The notes: generated from the sequence alone by a model not told the origin. A stretch of DNA of 64,000 nucleotides from an uncultured Pseudomonadota bacterium (GCA_963836235.1 CAWIIP010000002.1:832001-896000); one strand, 5' to 3'; counted from the stretch's first letter, positions 49,060 through 59,520 are shown. A program made the numbers and translations.

Positions 49060-50433
49060 TTGATCCGCAATCCTTTCCTCCAAGCGCTGGCTACCGGCGC
49101 TTTTTTGTTATTCCTTTCGGGCTGCGCTGAGGCCCCGATCAATGTGACGAATAACAACGTTGAAAAACCCTTAGAACAAATCACCGGAGTAACTAGCGAC
49201 GTCGTGGAAAAAGCCGCCCAAAAGGCCCAAATGAACCTTTGGGATGTTTACGCCCTTGCGGTAAAACATACGGAGGACTTGGCCGGCAAATACGAGAATA
49301 TCCTCCAAGCCAATGCCCAAAGCGATCAGGCAGTCGCCTCGGTTCTACCCCAAATCTTTTTGAATGATAGAGCGAACTGGCAATCGGGTAATTACGTTTT
49401 CGGCTCGGAAAATGCCCTTTTTCAACCTTTAGGCAATACACTCTATCTCTCGGGAACCGAAACCCTCTTAACAGGTTTAAACCAGGTGGCTGCGATCCAG
49501 GGGGCCCAAGCCCAGATCGATCAAAATCATCACTTTTATAAACAAGAAGCCCGCACGCTGCTTTTAAATGTGGCCCGTTCCTTTTACGGCATTCTACAGT
49601 TGCAAGATACCCTTCAATCAAAGCAAGAAATTGAGGGCCTGACCCTGGAAATCCTGAAGCAGGAACAACAGTGGAAAAATATCGGACGGTCCCGGGACAG
49701 CGACGTCCTGACCACGGAGGCCCAATTGGCCCAACTGAAGGGGGACGAGGAGGCCGCCCAGGGACAGTTGAACATCGCCCGCGACAGTTTGGTGGTCCTG
49801 ACCGGCTTGAAAACCGAACAGCCCTTGGTATCGGAGGAACAACCGATTCCCGCCACGATAACCTTTGAACAAGCCGAAGCCCTCGTCGATAACCGGTCGG
49901 ATGTCATTGCCGCGAAAGCGGGAGTCGATTTGGCGGATGCCACAGTCCTGCAAGCGCACGGGGAACATCTACCCTCCCTTGCCGTCCAAGGCCAATATTA
50001 CCTTCAACAAGACGGCGGAAGCCCTACAGCCGATTGGAACGTCCAATTGGTGGCTTCCCTCCCCATCTTTGAGGGCGGAGCCATCGTGGCCCAAGAAAAC
50101 GCCGCCGATTCCAAAAAACGCCAAGCCGATATGCAATATTCGCTCACCCGTCGCCAGGCTCTGCAGGATATCCGCGGCGCCTACCGCGCCCTGGCCAATT
50201 CCATGAACCAAGTAGACGCATATAGTAAAGCCTTGGACGCCGCCCAAAAGGATTACACTGCGGTGGAAAGAGACCGAAGGCTGGCCCTGAACACCAATCT
50301 GGATGTTTTGAACGCCCTGACCCAGCTCGAAACCGCCAAAACCAACTACGACCAGGCGAAATACCAGGTGCTGATTAATTCCATATGGCTGGGCGAAGCC
50401 ACGGGTGATTTGCCGAAGACAGATAACAACTAG
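49060..50433 (+). CDS. TolC-family outer membrane efflux lipoprotein
   Basis: Lipobox LSGC; OEP repeats, LPIFEGG. Confidence 0.9.
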   Translation: MIRNPFLQALATGAFLLFLSGCAEAPINVTNNNVEKPLEQITGVTSDVVEKAAQKAQMNLWDVYALAVKHTEDLAGKYENILQANAQSDQAVASVLPQIFLNDRANWQSGNYVFGSENALFQPLGNTLYLSGTETLLTGLNQVAAIQGAQAQIDQNHHFYKQEARTLLLNVARSFYGILQLQDTLQSKQEIEGLTLEILKQEQQWKNIGRSRDSDVLTTEAQLAQLKGDEEAAQGQLNIARDSLVVLTGLKTEQPLVSEEQPIPATITFEQAEALVDNRSDVIAAKAGVDLADATVLQAHGEHLPSLAVQGQYYLQQDGGSPTADWNVQLVASLPIFEGGAIVAQENAADSKKRQADMQYSLTRRQALQDIRGAYRALANSMNQVDAYSKALDAAQKDYTAVERDRRLALNTNLDVLNALTQLETAKTNYDQAKYQVLINSIWLGEATGDLPKTDNN

Positions 50434-50524
50434 TTTTTAGTTCTAAATGTTGAGTTTTGAGTTAATGATATTTTCCATCTGCCCGGCGGATTGAAAATTT
50501 TCCGCAACTCAAAACTTAAAACTT
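50434..50524. repeat. AT-rich inverted repeat with 7-bp units (TTTTGAG/CTCAAAA)
   Basis: GTTGAGTTTTGAGTT ... AACTCAAAACTTAAAAC between tolC and the RND gene. Confidence 0.65.
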
Positions 50525-50534
50525 GGAGTTTAAA

Positions 50535-53500
50535 ATGACTTTATCCGACGTCTCCATTAAGAACCCCGTCTTCGCCTGGATGCTCATGTTCGGGCTCATC
50601 CTCTTTGGAATCGTCTGCTTTACCCGTATGGGTGTCTCCCAACTGCCCGACGTGGATTTTCCGGTGGTGAACGTCTCCATCACCCTGCCCAACGCCTCTC
50701 CCCAAATCATGGAGTCCGACGTGGCTGATCCCGTGGAGGATTCGGTTTTGGGCGTGGAAGGGGTCCAGGACGTCCAGACCACCTGCACCGAGGGAAACGT
50801 CAGTATCTCGGTGTTTCTCGACATCAGCCGAAACGTCGATGTGGCCGTTCAGGACGTGCAGACCGCCGTCTTCCAGGTGCAAAAATCCCTCCCGACGAAC
50901 ATCTATCCCCCCATCATCAAGAAGCAGAATCCCAACGCCTCCCCCATCATTTGGTTCGCCGTGACGGCGGACCCGCCCCTGACCCTGAGAGACCTCATGC
51001 TTTACACCCGCGACTACCTAAAGGACCGCTTCACCAGCCTTAACGGCGTGGCCAGCGTCAATTTGGGTGGCTTCATCAACCGCCAGGTCAATATCTGGGT
51101 GGATAACAATAAATTGACCGCCCGTCAGTTGACCGCAGACGATATCGTCAACACCATCAATACCCAGCACGCCGAAGTGCCGGCGGGCTTCATGGAAACC
51201 CCCTTGACCCAATATGACGTCCGCTCCATGGGGGAGGCCTATACGGTTAAGGCTTTCGAGGATCTTCCTATTCTTTCCCGTGGCGGCACGCCCAACTATA
51301 TCCTCACTAAAATAAAGGACGTGGCCACCGTCGAGGACGGTTTGGCGACCGTTACCCGTATTTCGCGCTTCAATGGCATTCCCTCCTGCGGGATGGGGCT
51401 GGTGATGCAGGACGGTTATAACGCCGTCGATGTGGCCAACGCCGCCAAAGCCCGTTTGGCGGAAGTCATCAAGGAAATGCCCAAGGGCTACCACATGTCG
51501 GTCAATTTCGACACCACCACTTCCATTAAAGATAACGTCCATGAATTGGAACTGACCATCCTCCTGGCTGCTATCCTTACCGCCTTGGTTTGTTACCTGT
51601 TCCTGGGCAGCTGGTCCTCCACTTTCAACGTCTTTTTGGCTATCCCCACTTCATTGTTCGGGACCTTCATCGTTATGTACTTCTTCAACTTTACCCTTAA
51701 TACCTTCACTCTCCTGGCCCTGTCCCTTTCCATTGGCGTGGTGGTGGATGACGCCATCATGGTCTTGGAAAACATAGTACGGCACCAGGAGCATGGAGAA
51801 AACATGGTAGAGGCGGCCTTGAAGGGCGCCCGGGAAATCACCTTCGCCGCCGTGGCCACCTCCACGGCCATCGTGGCTATCTTCCTTCCCCTCGCCTTCA
51901 TGCAGGGAATCATCGGCAAGTTCATGTTTCAATTCGGCGTCACCATCACGGGGGCCGTGCTGATTTCCCTGTTGGAAGCCGTCACCCTGACCCCCATGCG
52001 CTGTTCCCAGTTCGTGCATATGGCCGACGAAACCAAGGGCTTCAGCCATGTGGTGAAAGTCCAGTTTGACCGTTTGTCCGCCTTTTATTCCAAGGTCCTG
52101 GATTGGTGCCTCTGGTACCGCACCGACCTGCTGGCGGCCCAGGCGAAATCGGGTCACCTGCCCTTTTTTAAATCCATGGTTTCTCTCTTTTTCTTCACCA
52201 GTCCCAAACAGCTTCAAGTGGAGGTCCAGGAGGAAACCAAGAATCCCCAATATTCCCTGGTTCCCCTCTTTTGGTTCGTTTCCGGCCTTATCGTTTTGTT
52301 CGGCCTGAAAAGCTGGAACCTTCGGGCCTTCGAAATCGGGGGAGGCTTGTTTCTTTTGGTTGTCTTGGCCCACTTGTGGAAAGAGCGCCATTTCCTCTTC
52401 GCCCACTTGCTTTACGACCACCGTTGGTGGGTGGTTTTCGGAGCCGTTGCTGTCTTCGCGGGTTCCATGAGCCTCTCAAAAATTATCAAGAAAGAAATGG
52501 TTCCCTCCACGGACCAAAGCGTCTTTCTATTGAATTTACAGCTTCCCGTGGATTATTCCATTTTCCGGACCGACGATATTGTTAAACAATGCGAGACCCT
52601 CCTGAGTAAACGAGGGGAAATCAAGAACCTTTATGTAGCCGTCGGGGGATTCGGGGGCAACGCTTCTAACACCGCCATCATGTTCATCACGATGAAAAAC
52701 GAGAAGGACAGGCCGGTGGCTTCCTGGGACGAAAAATTCAAGCCTTCGGGGCCCTTGGGCTTTATCACCAACATCTACCGGAAATTCGCGACCCCCCGCC
52801 TCACCCAAGCTGAATTTATGCAGGTCTGCCGGAAGACCCTAAAGACCGTGTCACCCGATCTTCAGGTTTTCCTTCTCGATCTCTCCCAACGCGGCCTTTC
52901 GACCGGAAAAGGCTATGCCGCCGAATTCATTGTGACGGGTCCCGATTGGGACAAACTGGCCGGTTATGCCACGGAAATCATGAAGCGCATGAGGGCCAGT
53001 TCCAAACTGGCCGACGTGAACAACAATTACCTGTCCGGCGAGCCCGAAATACAAGTCATCCCCGATCGTGCCAAGGCCGCCGCGCGTGGAGTGGACATTG
53101 CCGATTTGGGAAACGTCCTTGGCACCCTTGTCGGGGGCTTCACCTCCCAAACGGCCTATTACCACGAAAACGGGCATGAGAACAGCATCTTCATCCGGAT
53201 GCCCAAGGACCAGCGCTTGAAGCCGGATGACATCAAAAAAATCTACACGCGCAACAACCGGGGGGAAATCGTGCCGATCACCGACGTGACCACGATCCAA
53301 CAGTTTCCTTCCCTCCAGCAAATCACCCGGGATAACCGTCAGCGCGCCATTTTTTTCCAGGCTAACGCCGCCCCCGGCTCGTCCGCCCAGCAGGCCCTGG
53401 ATGAAGCCATCAAAATTTCGGGCGATGTCCTGCCGGACGGTTACCAGGCCATTTTGACGGGTACGTCCCAAAACAACTCCCAGACGGGAAGCCAGCTCAT

Positions 53501-54065
53501 CATTACGATGGTCTTGGGGGTCGTCGTGGCCTATATGATCCTGGCCAGCCAGTTCAATAGCTTCCTTCATCCCTTTGTCGTACTGCTAGCCCTGCCCTTT
53601 TCCATCACCGGGGCTTTCGGAGGCTTATGGCTCTTCAACCAATCCTTGAACATGTACAGCCTGATCGGGCTCATCCTTCTTTTAGGGCTGGTTAAAAAAA
53701 ATTCCATTATGATCGTGGACTTCACCAACCAAGCCCGGGCCCGGGGATCCTCCCTTCATGACGCGCTGATGTACGCCTGCCCGGTGCGTTTGCGGCCCAT
53801 CCTGATGACCTCCTTCGCCACCGTGGCCGGCGCCATACCGGCGGCCGTGGCCCTAGGTCCGGGCGCCGAGCTGCGGCAGCCCATGGCGGTGGCCATTATC
53901 GGCGGCATTCTGGTATCCACCCTGCTGACCCTGATCGTGGTGCCCTGCGCCTATAGCATCATGGAGGGATGGGAAAGACCCGACGCTTACGAATTCGATA
54001 TCGATGCCAAGGGGCAGGTGATGGTCAGGAACAAAAAATCGGTCGGTAAAACAAAACGCGCCTAA
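50535..54065 (+). CDS. RND efflux permease (AcrB/AcrD/AcrF family)
   Basis: SIKNPVFA, LPDVDFP, GVVVDDAIMVLENI, KKNSI, RLRPILMTS. Confidence 0.95.
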   Translation: MTLSDVSIKNPVFAWMLMFGLILFGIVCFTRMGVSQLPDVDFPVVNVSITLPNASPQIMESDVADPVEDSVLGVEGVQDVQTTCTEGNVSISVFLDISRNVDVAVQDVQTAVFQVQKSLPTNIYPPIIKKQNPNASPIIWFAVTADPPLTLRDLMLYTRDYLKDRFTSLNGVASVNLGGFINRQVNIWVDNNKLTARQLTADDIVNTINTQHAEVPAGFMETPLTQYDVRSMGEAYTVKAFEDLPILSRGGTPNYILTKIKDVATVEDGLATVTRISRFNGIPSCGMGLVMQDGYNAVDVANAAKARLAEVIKEMPKGYHMSVNFDTTTSIKDNVHELELTILLAAILTALVCYLFLGSWSSTFNVFLAIPTSLFGTFIVMYFFNFTLNTFTLLALSLSIGVVVDDAIMVLENIVRHQEHGENMVEAALKGAREITFAAVATSTAIVAIFLPLAFMQGIIGKFMFQFGVTITGAVLISLLEAVTLTPMRCSQFVHMADETKGFSHVVKVQFDRLSAFYSKVLDWCLWYRTDLLAAQAKSGHLPFFKSMVSLFFFTSPKQLQVEVQEETKNPQYSLVPLFWFVSGLIVLFGLKSWNLRAFEIGGGLFLLVVLAHLWKERHFLFAHLLYDHRWWVVFGAVAVFAGSMSLSKIIKKEMVPSTDQSVFLLNLQLPVDYSIFRTDDIVKQCETLLSKRGEIKNLYVAVGGFGGNASNTAIMFITMKNEKDRPVASWDEKFKPSGPLGFITNIYRKFATPRLTQAEFMQVCRKTLKTVSPDLQVFLLDLSQRGLSTGKGYAAEFIVTGPDWDKLAGYATEIMKRMRASSKLADVNNNYLSGEPEIQVIPDRAKAAARGVDIADLGNVLGTLVGGFTSQTAYYHENGHENSIFIRMPKDQRLKPDDIKKIYTRNNRGEIVPITDVTTIQQFPSLQQITRDNRQRAIFFQANAAPGSSAQQALDEAIKISGDVLPDGYQAILTGTSQNNSQTGSQLIITMVLGVVVAYMILASQFNSFLHPFVVLLALPFSITGAFGGLWLFNQSLNMYSLIGLILLLGLVKKNSIMIVDFTNQARARGSSLHDALMYACPVRLRPILMTSFATVAGAIPAAVALGPGAELRQPMAVAIIGGILVSTLLTLIVVPCAYSIMEGWERPDAYEFDIDAKGQVMVRNKKSVGKTKRA

Positions 54066-54108
54066 AATTCCATTCTTTTCCCTGGCCGAACCCGGAGGAA
54101 TTGATCCT

Positions 54109-55128
54109 ATGAAAAAAGAAAAAATAATACAGAAAATCCTGGTCCTCGTCCTTTTTCTGGGCAGTTGGGGAGAATTGTTCTTCAAACCTTCTCCAGCCCA
54201 GGGAGGTATTCTGTCCTTTTCCAAACCTGAGCACCTGGCGACAATTCCCTGGGGAGATGGTTCCAACCACGGCGTGCCCTCAACCGGGCCCGAATGGCTG
54301 GTGGTGGATGGTCACGGCCGCTTTTATTTGGAATCCGGCCTGGATTTCGACCTCTACGCCCCCAACGGCAAATACCTGACGACCCTCAACCCCATCGACA
54401 AGTCGAAAAACTTTTACGGTTTCACCGCGATGGAAACCCTACCTGATAGTTCGGTTGCCCTTTTGGTGCGTTTGGAGAGCCCCCAGGAACAGTGGGGCAA
54501 GGACGACTATGAGGAACACACCAAGCCCGGTTCGCGGTTGGTCGTCTTGAAGGACGATGGGCAAGTTCCAGTGGACAAGGAAGTGGTGGACCCGGGCCAG
54601 CCCCATTCCAACTATTACCTGGAAAACGGGGTTGTTTACAGCGTACGGGATGACGGCACTTACCAAATCCTCGACTCACTTGGCCCAGACTCGCCCAAGG
54701 ACCGCGATTTCGCAAGCTTCGCCGCTATCGGCTACAACCTGGACCGCTGGTTGGACCACCTGAAAAAACTGCCAGTTTTTGAGTCCGGGAACAAGAGCTA
54801 CCATGACGCCAAGGGCGCCGTTCACGAGATCAAGGGGGCGGCTTCTTCCCTCATGGGCCGGCCCTTCGTGGAAGGATTGGGGACCCTGGCGGAGCGCAAC
54901 GGCACCCTCTATTACCAGATCGTTTGCGACAAAAACCAGGACTTCATCAACTCGGTCTTCGTGGAGGATTTCAAGAGGAAGGCCTACGGCCTAGTGGAAC
55001 TCTTCCATTCGGACGAAGACCTGGACATGGCCCACGGGCACACGGTTTTCGTGGACTCAAAAGGGGATATCTTCGAAGGGGTGGGCAAAAAGGAAGGCTA
55101 CCGGATTTACGAATGGAAACGTCAATAA
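54109..55128 (+). CDS. Hypothetical exported protein
   Basis: GGAGG RBS, signal-like N-terminus, 339 aa. Confidence 0.75.
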   Translation: MKKEKIIQKILVLVLFLGSWGELFFKPSPAQGGILSFSKPEHLATIPWGDGSNHGVPSTGPEWLVVDGHGRFYLESGLDFDLYAPNGKYLTTLNPIDKSKNFYGFTAMETLPDSSVALLVRLESPQEQWGKDDYEEHTKPGSRLVVLKDDGQVPVDKEVVDPGQPHSNYYLENGVVYSVRDDGTYQILDSLGPDSPKDRDFASFAAIGYNLDRWLDHLKKLPVFESGNKSYHDAKGAVHEIKGAASSLMGRPFVEGLGTLAERNGTLYYQIVCDKNQDFINSVFVEDFKRKAYGLVELFHSDEDLDMAHGHTVFVDSKGDIFEGVGKKEGYRIYEWKRQ

Positions 55129-55149
55129 ACCCTAGGTTTGACGGAAATT

Positions 55150-55512
55150 TTAATGGTCTTGCTTCTCTTGATCCATTTTATCCGTTTCCGTGTCATCGTC
55201 CGCGTCCTGATCATCCTTAAACTTGGAATTGGATTGGCCGTCTAAGTCGGTCGCAGTATCTTCATAGGTATCGTCTGAGTCGTCCTTGAACTTGCTTTTT
55301 TCGGTGCCATCATCGCTTTTATCGTCATCTAGACCCAAGTCCCAATCCAAGTCATTGTTGGAATCCCGATCCTGCGCTTTTTCCTCATTCTGATTTGAAT
55401 CAGTGGAGTCTGTTGCCTCGGCCCAAAGTCTGGGAGCACCCCACCTTGATCCGCAAAGAAAAATGATAAGAAATAAAACCAATAGCTTTCGCGCGAAAGA
55501 AATTCTAAGCAT
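55150..55512 (-). CDS. Exported, highly acidic low-complexity protein
   Basis: Signal peptide, then D/E/S/T-rich; overlaps the pth stop. Confidence 0.65.
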   Translation of the reverse strand: MLRISFARKLLVLFLIIFLCGSRWGAPRLWAEATDSTDSNQNEEKAQDRDSNNDLDWDLGLDDDKSDDGTEKSKFKDDSDDTYEDTATDLDGQSNSKFKDDQDADDDTETDKMDQEKQDH

Positions 55513-56080
55513 CTTTATTTAACTCCCGCATGGCGGCTACCGAGCCCTTGAGAATGAAAGTTTCAATCCCATCTCTGGATCGCTCAATAGCTTGTTCAAT
55601 CTTGGGCTTTTCGTCCGGCGTAAAAGAGGATAACACATGATGTGCTCCCTCCTCGGCGGAAGACGGCTTGCTGACGCCGATTCGAAGCCTGGAAAAGTCG
55701 GAGCTTTGCAAATGGGCGATCAGGGAATCCAACCCGTGGTGCCCCCCGGACCCGCCGGAGGTCCTCAAACGGATTTTCCCCACGGGTAAATCCAGGTCAT
55801 CGGAGACCACCAGCATTTTTTCCAAGGGTATATTTCGGTACCTGAGGAAGGGGGCGACCGCCCGGCCCGACTCGTTCATGAAAGTCTGGGTAAAAAAGAG
55901 ATGGACTTCCCGCTCTTCGAGCGTAAAGCTCCCCCAAATCGCCTCGTCCTTTTCCCTTAGCTTGACGTTATGTTTAAGGACAAGTGCTTCCACCACCCGG
56001 AAGCCCACATTGTGGCGGGTAAACCGGTAGTTTTCCCCCGGATTGCCCAGGCCGACAATCATCCAGGTTTCAACAGCCAT
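55505..56080 (-). CDS. pth: Peptidyl-tRNA hydrolase
   Basis: GLGNPG..Y..TRHNVG, TFMNESG, DDLDLP, GGHHG. Confidence 0.96.
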   Translation of the reverse strand: MAVETWMIVGLGNPGENYRFTRHNVGFRVVEALVLKHNVKLREKDEAIWGSFTLEEREVHLFFTQTFMNESGRAVAPFLRYRNIPLEKMLVVSDDLDLPVGKIRLRTSGGSGGHHGLDSLIAHLQSSDFSRLRIGVSKPSSAEEGAHHVLSSFTPDEKPKIEQAIERSRDGIETFILKGSVAAMRELNKDA

Positions 56081-56135
56081 GTCGCTCTCGTTTAAGGCGG
56101 GATAATAAAAACGGTGTTGCCATAAAAAGGCCTCG

Positions 56136-56172
56136 AAAAAAAAGAAGCCACCCAGGGTAACCCCTGGATGGC
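56136..56172 (-). terminator. Intrinsic terminator after rplY
   Basis: GCCATCCAGGG-GTTA-CCCTGGGTGGC then TTCTTTTTTTT on the minus strand. Confidence 0.8.
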
Positions 56173-56196
56173 CCCAAAACGTTTTGAAGTTCCGGC

Positions 56197-56949
56197 TTAC
56201 TTCTTGTCGGCCTTGGCCGCGGGGGCGGCCTTTGCGTCGGCCTTGCCGGCAGGCGCCTTGGCATCGGCGGCGGCGCCCTCTTCCTTCTTTTTGGCTGTAA
56301 GGACTTCGGGCTCTCCAGCGGCAGCGGCACCCTCAACAGGAACGGTACCTTCAGCGACAGCGGCCTTAACTTCTTCCGCCATTTGCTGGGCCACGGAGAC
56401 GACGACGTTCTTGGCGGCCTGAACGGCTTTAACGCCTTCCGGCAGCTTCAGGTCGGAAACGTGCACCGAATGGCCGACGGCTAAGTGAAGGGCGTCAACT
56501 TGGATGGCATCCGGAATCTGTCCCGGCAAGCATTGGACTTCCAGTGTACGCATAAAGAGCTGCAAAACCCCGCCCAACTTGACGCCTTCGCAAGTATCGG
56601 CGTTGAGCACACGGATGGGGATCTTGATACGAATCTTTTCCTTCATGTTCACCTTATGGAAATCGGCGTGAAGGATCGAGTTGTTTATTTTATGGACCTG
56701 GACTTCCTTAATGACGGCCAAAAGAGGCTCGCCGCTCTTGGCTCCCTCGATATTCAGCGCGAAGAAAATATTATCTCCCTTGGCGGAGGAAAGGATTTTC
56801 GTCAGTTCCTTCTCAGGGACCTCAATGGATTGGTTAGGTTCTTTATGCCCGTAGACTTCCGCGGGAACGAACCCGCTTGAGCGCAGGCGGCGGGTGCGGC
56901 TGCTGCCCCGGACGGTCCTGATTTTAGCGGCTAAGGGTACTTGTTTCAT
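56197..56949 (-). CDS. rplY: 50S ribosomal protein L25/Ctc
   Basis: RRLR..G.VPAEVYG, HADF, GVKLGG, IPDAI.VD; position between prs and pth. Confidence 0.95.
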   Translation of the reverse strand: MKQVPLAAKIRTVRGSSRTRRLRSSGFVPAEVYGHKEPNQSIEVPEKELTKILSSAKGDNIFFALNIEGAKSGEPLLAVIKEVQVHKINNSILHADFHKVNMKEKIRIKIPIRVLNADTCEGVKLGGVLQLFMRTLEVQCLPGQIPDAIQVDALHLAVGHSVHVSDLKLPEGVKAVQAAKNVVVSVAQQMAEEVKAAVAEGTVPVEGAAAAGEPEVLTAKKKEEGAAADAKAPAGKADAKAAPAAKADKK

Positions 56950-57025
56950 GTCTTCCCAGCTCCTTCTTGGGGCGTAACCACGGACGGCAGGCAGTCACGG
57001 AATCCAAGTTCTTGTTTTAATTTGG

Positions 57026-57991
57026 TTAGATCACATCGTTGAACAACGAACTGATCGACTCTTCGTTGTGGATTCGTATGATCGCTTCCCCGAAAAGGGG
57101 AGCCACTGGGAGGACGGTTATCTTGCTGATCCGCTTCTCCCGGGGGATAGGAATAGTATCCGTTACCACCACTTCTTTCAAGACCGATTTTTCCAGTTTT
57201 TCCATGGCATTTCCCGATAAAACCGCGTGGGTGCAGGAAGCGTAAATATCCTTAGCGCCAAACCTCACGAGAGCGTTGACGGCCTCCACCAGCGACCCTC
57301 CGGTGGCGATCATATCGTCGGGTACCAGGACGGTCCGTCCCTTTACCTCTCCAATGAGGTTCATGGCTTCCACCTCGTTGGGGCCGCTGCGGCGCTTGTC
57401 CACGATGGCGAGGTCAGCGTTCAGGCCCTTGGCATAGGCGCGGGCCATCTTGATGCCGCCCACGTCGGGCGAAACCACCGTCAGGTTCTTCAGTTTCTTC
57501 TGGCGGAAATAGTTTGCGATAACCGGAAAAGCGTAAAGATGGTCTACGGGGATATCGAAGAAACCCTGGATCTGCTGGGCATGCAAATCCATGGTCAAGG
57601 CCCGATCGGCTCCGGCCTGGGTGATGATATTGGCGACCAGTTTAGCCGTAATCGGAACGCGGGGCTGGTCCTTACGGTCCTGCCGGGCGTATCCGTAATA
57701 AGGAAGAACGGCCGTCACGCGGCGCGCGCTTGCCCGCCAGAAAGCGTCCAGCATGATCAGAAGTTCCATGACATTGTCATTCACCGGGGGGCAGGTAGGC
57801 TGGATGATGAAGATATCCCTGCCGCGAACGTCCTCGTTGATCTTGACGCGAATTTCACCTTCGGAAAAACGGCTGACCATGATATCGCCCAGCGGCACCT
57901 TGAGGGACTTGGCGATATTCTTCGCCAAGTCGGGATTTGCCGTTCCACTGAAAATTTTCAACCCGTTTGGACCCGCGACTCTGGGACTCAT
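57026..57991 (-). CDS. prs: Ribose-phosphate pyrophosphokinase
   Basis: PYYGYARQDRK, DLHAQQIQGFF, VSPDVGG, DDMIATGGS. Confidence 0.97.
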   Translation of the reverse strand: MSPRVAGPNGLKIFSGTANPDLAKNIAKSLKVPLGDIMVSRFSEGEIRVKINEDVRGRDIFIIQPTCPPVNDNVMELLIMLDAFWRASARRVTAVLPYYGYARQDRKDQPRVPITAKLVANIITQAGADRALTMDLHAQQIQGFFDIPVDHLYAFPVIANYFRQKKLKNLTVVSPDVGGIKMARAYAKGLNADLAIVDKRRSGPNEVEAMNLIGEVKGRTVLVPDDMIATGGSLVEAVNALVRFGAKDIYASCTHAVLSGNAMEKLEKSVLKEVVVTDTIPIPREKRISKITVLPVAPLFGEAIIRIHNEESISSLFNDVI

Positions 57992-58098
57992 GGAAGCTCC
58001 TTAAAAATGTCTCCGAGGCGAAGAAAAGCGTCGTGGGAAGGCCCAATCATAAAAGACGGAGCGTGAAAGACAAAGCTTAAAAAAAGGGGAATGTTTTA

Positions 58099-59442
58099 TT
58101 ATTTCCGCTTCATGGGACGAGCGGGCACACCCACAACCGTCATTCCTGCGGGGACATCCTGGGTGACAACCGATCCGGCTCCAACGACCGCTCTCGGGCC
58201 GATTTTGATGGGCGCGACCAGGGTGGAATTGCTCCCGAGGAAAACTTGGTCTCCCACCTGGCATTCATGCTTATGCTTGCCATCGTAATTTGCGAAAACA
58301 CAACCCGCGCCGACATTGACATCCTTTCCCAGTTTGGCGTCCCCTACGTAGGCAAAGTGGCCCACTTTGCCTCCGCTGCCGATACGGACGTTTTTGATCT
58401 CGGTATTGGTTCCCACATGGACGTCCTTGTCCAGGACACAGCCTCCCCGGACATGGGCAAAGGGCCCCGCGTCGCACCCATCCCCCAAATGGCTGTCTAA
58501 AATACGGGAAGCCCGGACGATAACTTTCGAACCCAGCCGGGCAGATTGAAGGACGCTTCCCGACTCCACCTTGCAGTCCTCTCCTAATACCGTGGAACCC
58601 AGCAGTTGGACATTTCCTTCAATCACGGTGTCTCGACCAATCACTACTTTTGGACCCACTTCCACCGTCTTAGGATTCGAAAAAGTGACGCCGTCGCGTT
58701 GGTGTTCCACGACCCTGCGGAGGTTCCAAAGGCGGTGCGCTTGGGCCAGTTGGCTCCGGTTATTGACTCCGAGGACTTCGGAACGGTCCGGAACCATGAG
58801 AGCGTGGACCTTTCCACCCTGGGTCAAAATCCGTTGGATAGTATCGGGCAGATAAATTTCCTTGTTCTCGCTTTTGGGCTTCAGGTTTTTCAAGGCCGGT
58901 CCCAAAGACTGGGATTTAAAGAAGTAAACGCCCCCGTTGATTTCGTTCAACCGTCTTTCCTCTTCGGTCGCGTCTTTCTCCTCCACGATTTTTTCCACTT
59001 CCCCTCCCCGTCCCCGCACAATACGGCCATAACCGAAGGGCTCGTCCACTCGGGCGGTTAAGAGGGTGGCTTCGGCCTTTTGAAGAAGATGAAATTGCCT
59101 AAGGGCAAGAACAGTTTGGGGCCGCACCAGACAGGCATCAGCATAAAGAATGAGGACATGGCCCCTGAAGGATTTTAAGAAGGGTAATACCTGTTCGACC
59201 GCGTGGCCGGTGCCGAGCCTCTTCTTTTGAAAAATGGGAATGGCTCTTTTGTCCAGATATTCGGCGACTTCCCGGGACCCCACCACCCCATAAATTTTGG
59301 AAGGAGAAAGGGCTTCGGCATTTTGGAGGGCGTAATCGATCATCGGCTGGCCCGCCACCGGATGGAGAACCTTGGGGGTTTTGGAGTTCATGCGGGTGCT
59401 GTCTCCCGCCGCTAAAATGATCGCTACCAAAGGAATAGCCAC
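58099..59442 (-). CDS. glmU: Bifunctional UDP-GlcNAc pyrophosphorylase/glucosamine-1-P acetyltransferase
   Basis: LAAG.STRM.S..PKVLH, LGTGHAV, GYGRIVR, hexapeptide repeats, NYDG. Confidence 0.93.
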   Translation of the reverse strand: MAIPLVAIILAAGDSTRMNSKTPKVLHPVAGQPMIDYALQNAEALSPSKIYGVVGSREVAEYLDKRAIPIFQKKRLGTGHAVEQVLPFLKSFRGHVLILYADACLVRPQTVLALRQFHLLQKAEATLLTARVDEPFGYGRIVRGRGGEVEKIVEEKDATEEERRLNEINGGVYFFKSQSLGPALKNLKPKSENKEIYLPDTIQRILTQGGKVHALMVPDRSEVLGVNNRSQLAQAHRLWNLRRVVEHQRDGVTFSNPKTVEVGPKVVIGRDTVIEGNVQLLGSTVLGEDCKVESGSVLQSARLGSKVIVRASRILDSHLGDGCDAGPFAHVRGGCVLDKDVHVGTNTEIKNVRIGSGGKVGHFAYVGDAKLGKDVNVGAGCVFANYDGKHKHECQVGDQVFLGSNSTLVAPIKIGPRAVVGAGSVVTQDVPAGMTVVGVPARPMKRK

Positions 59443-59520
59443 CCAATCCCTCCCGGTGATCGCTTCAAGAATCGGTCCTTATGATAATCGAGAAAACCTT
59501 ATCCAAGGACGATAAAAGAA

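Noticed and set aside
57992-58098. tRNA-Gln, often found near glmU-prs
   Set aside because: No cloverleaf, T-loop or acceptor stem found.
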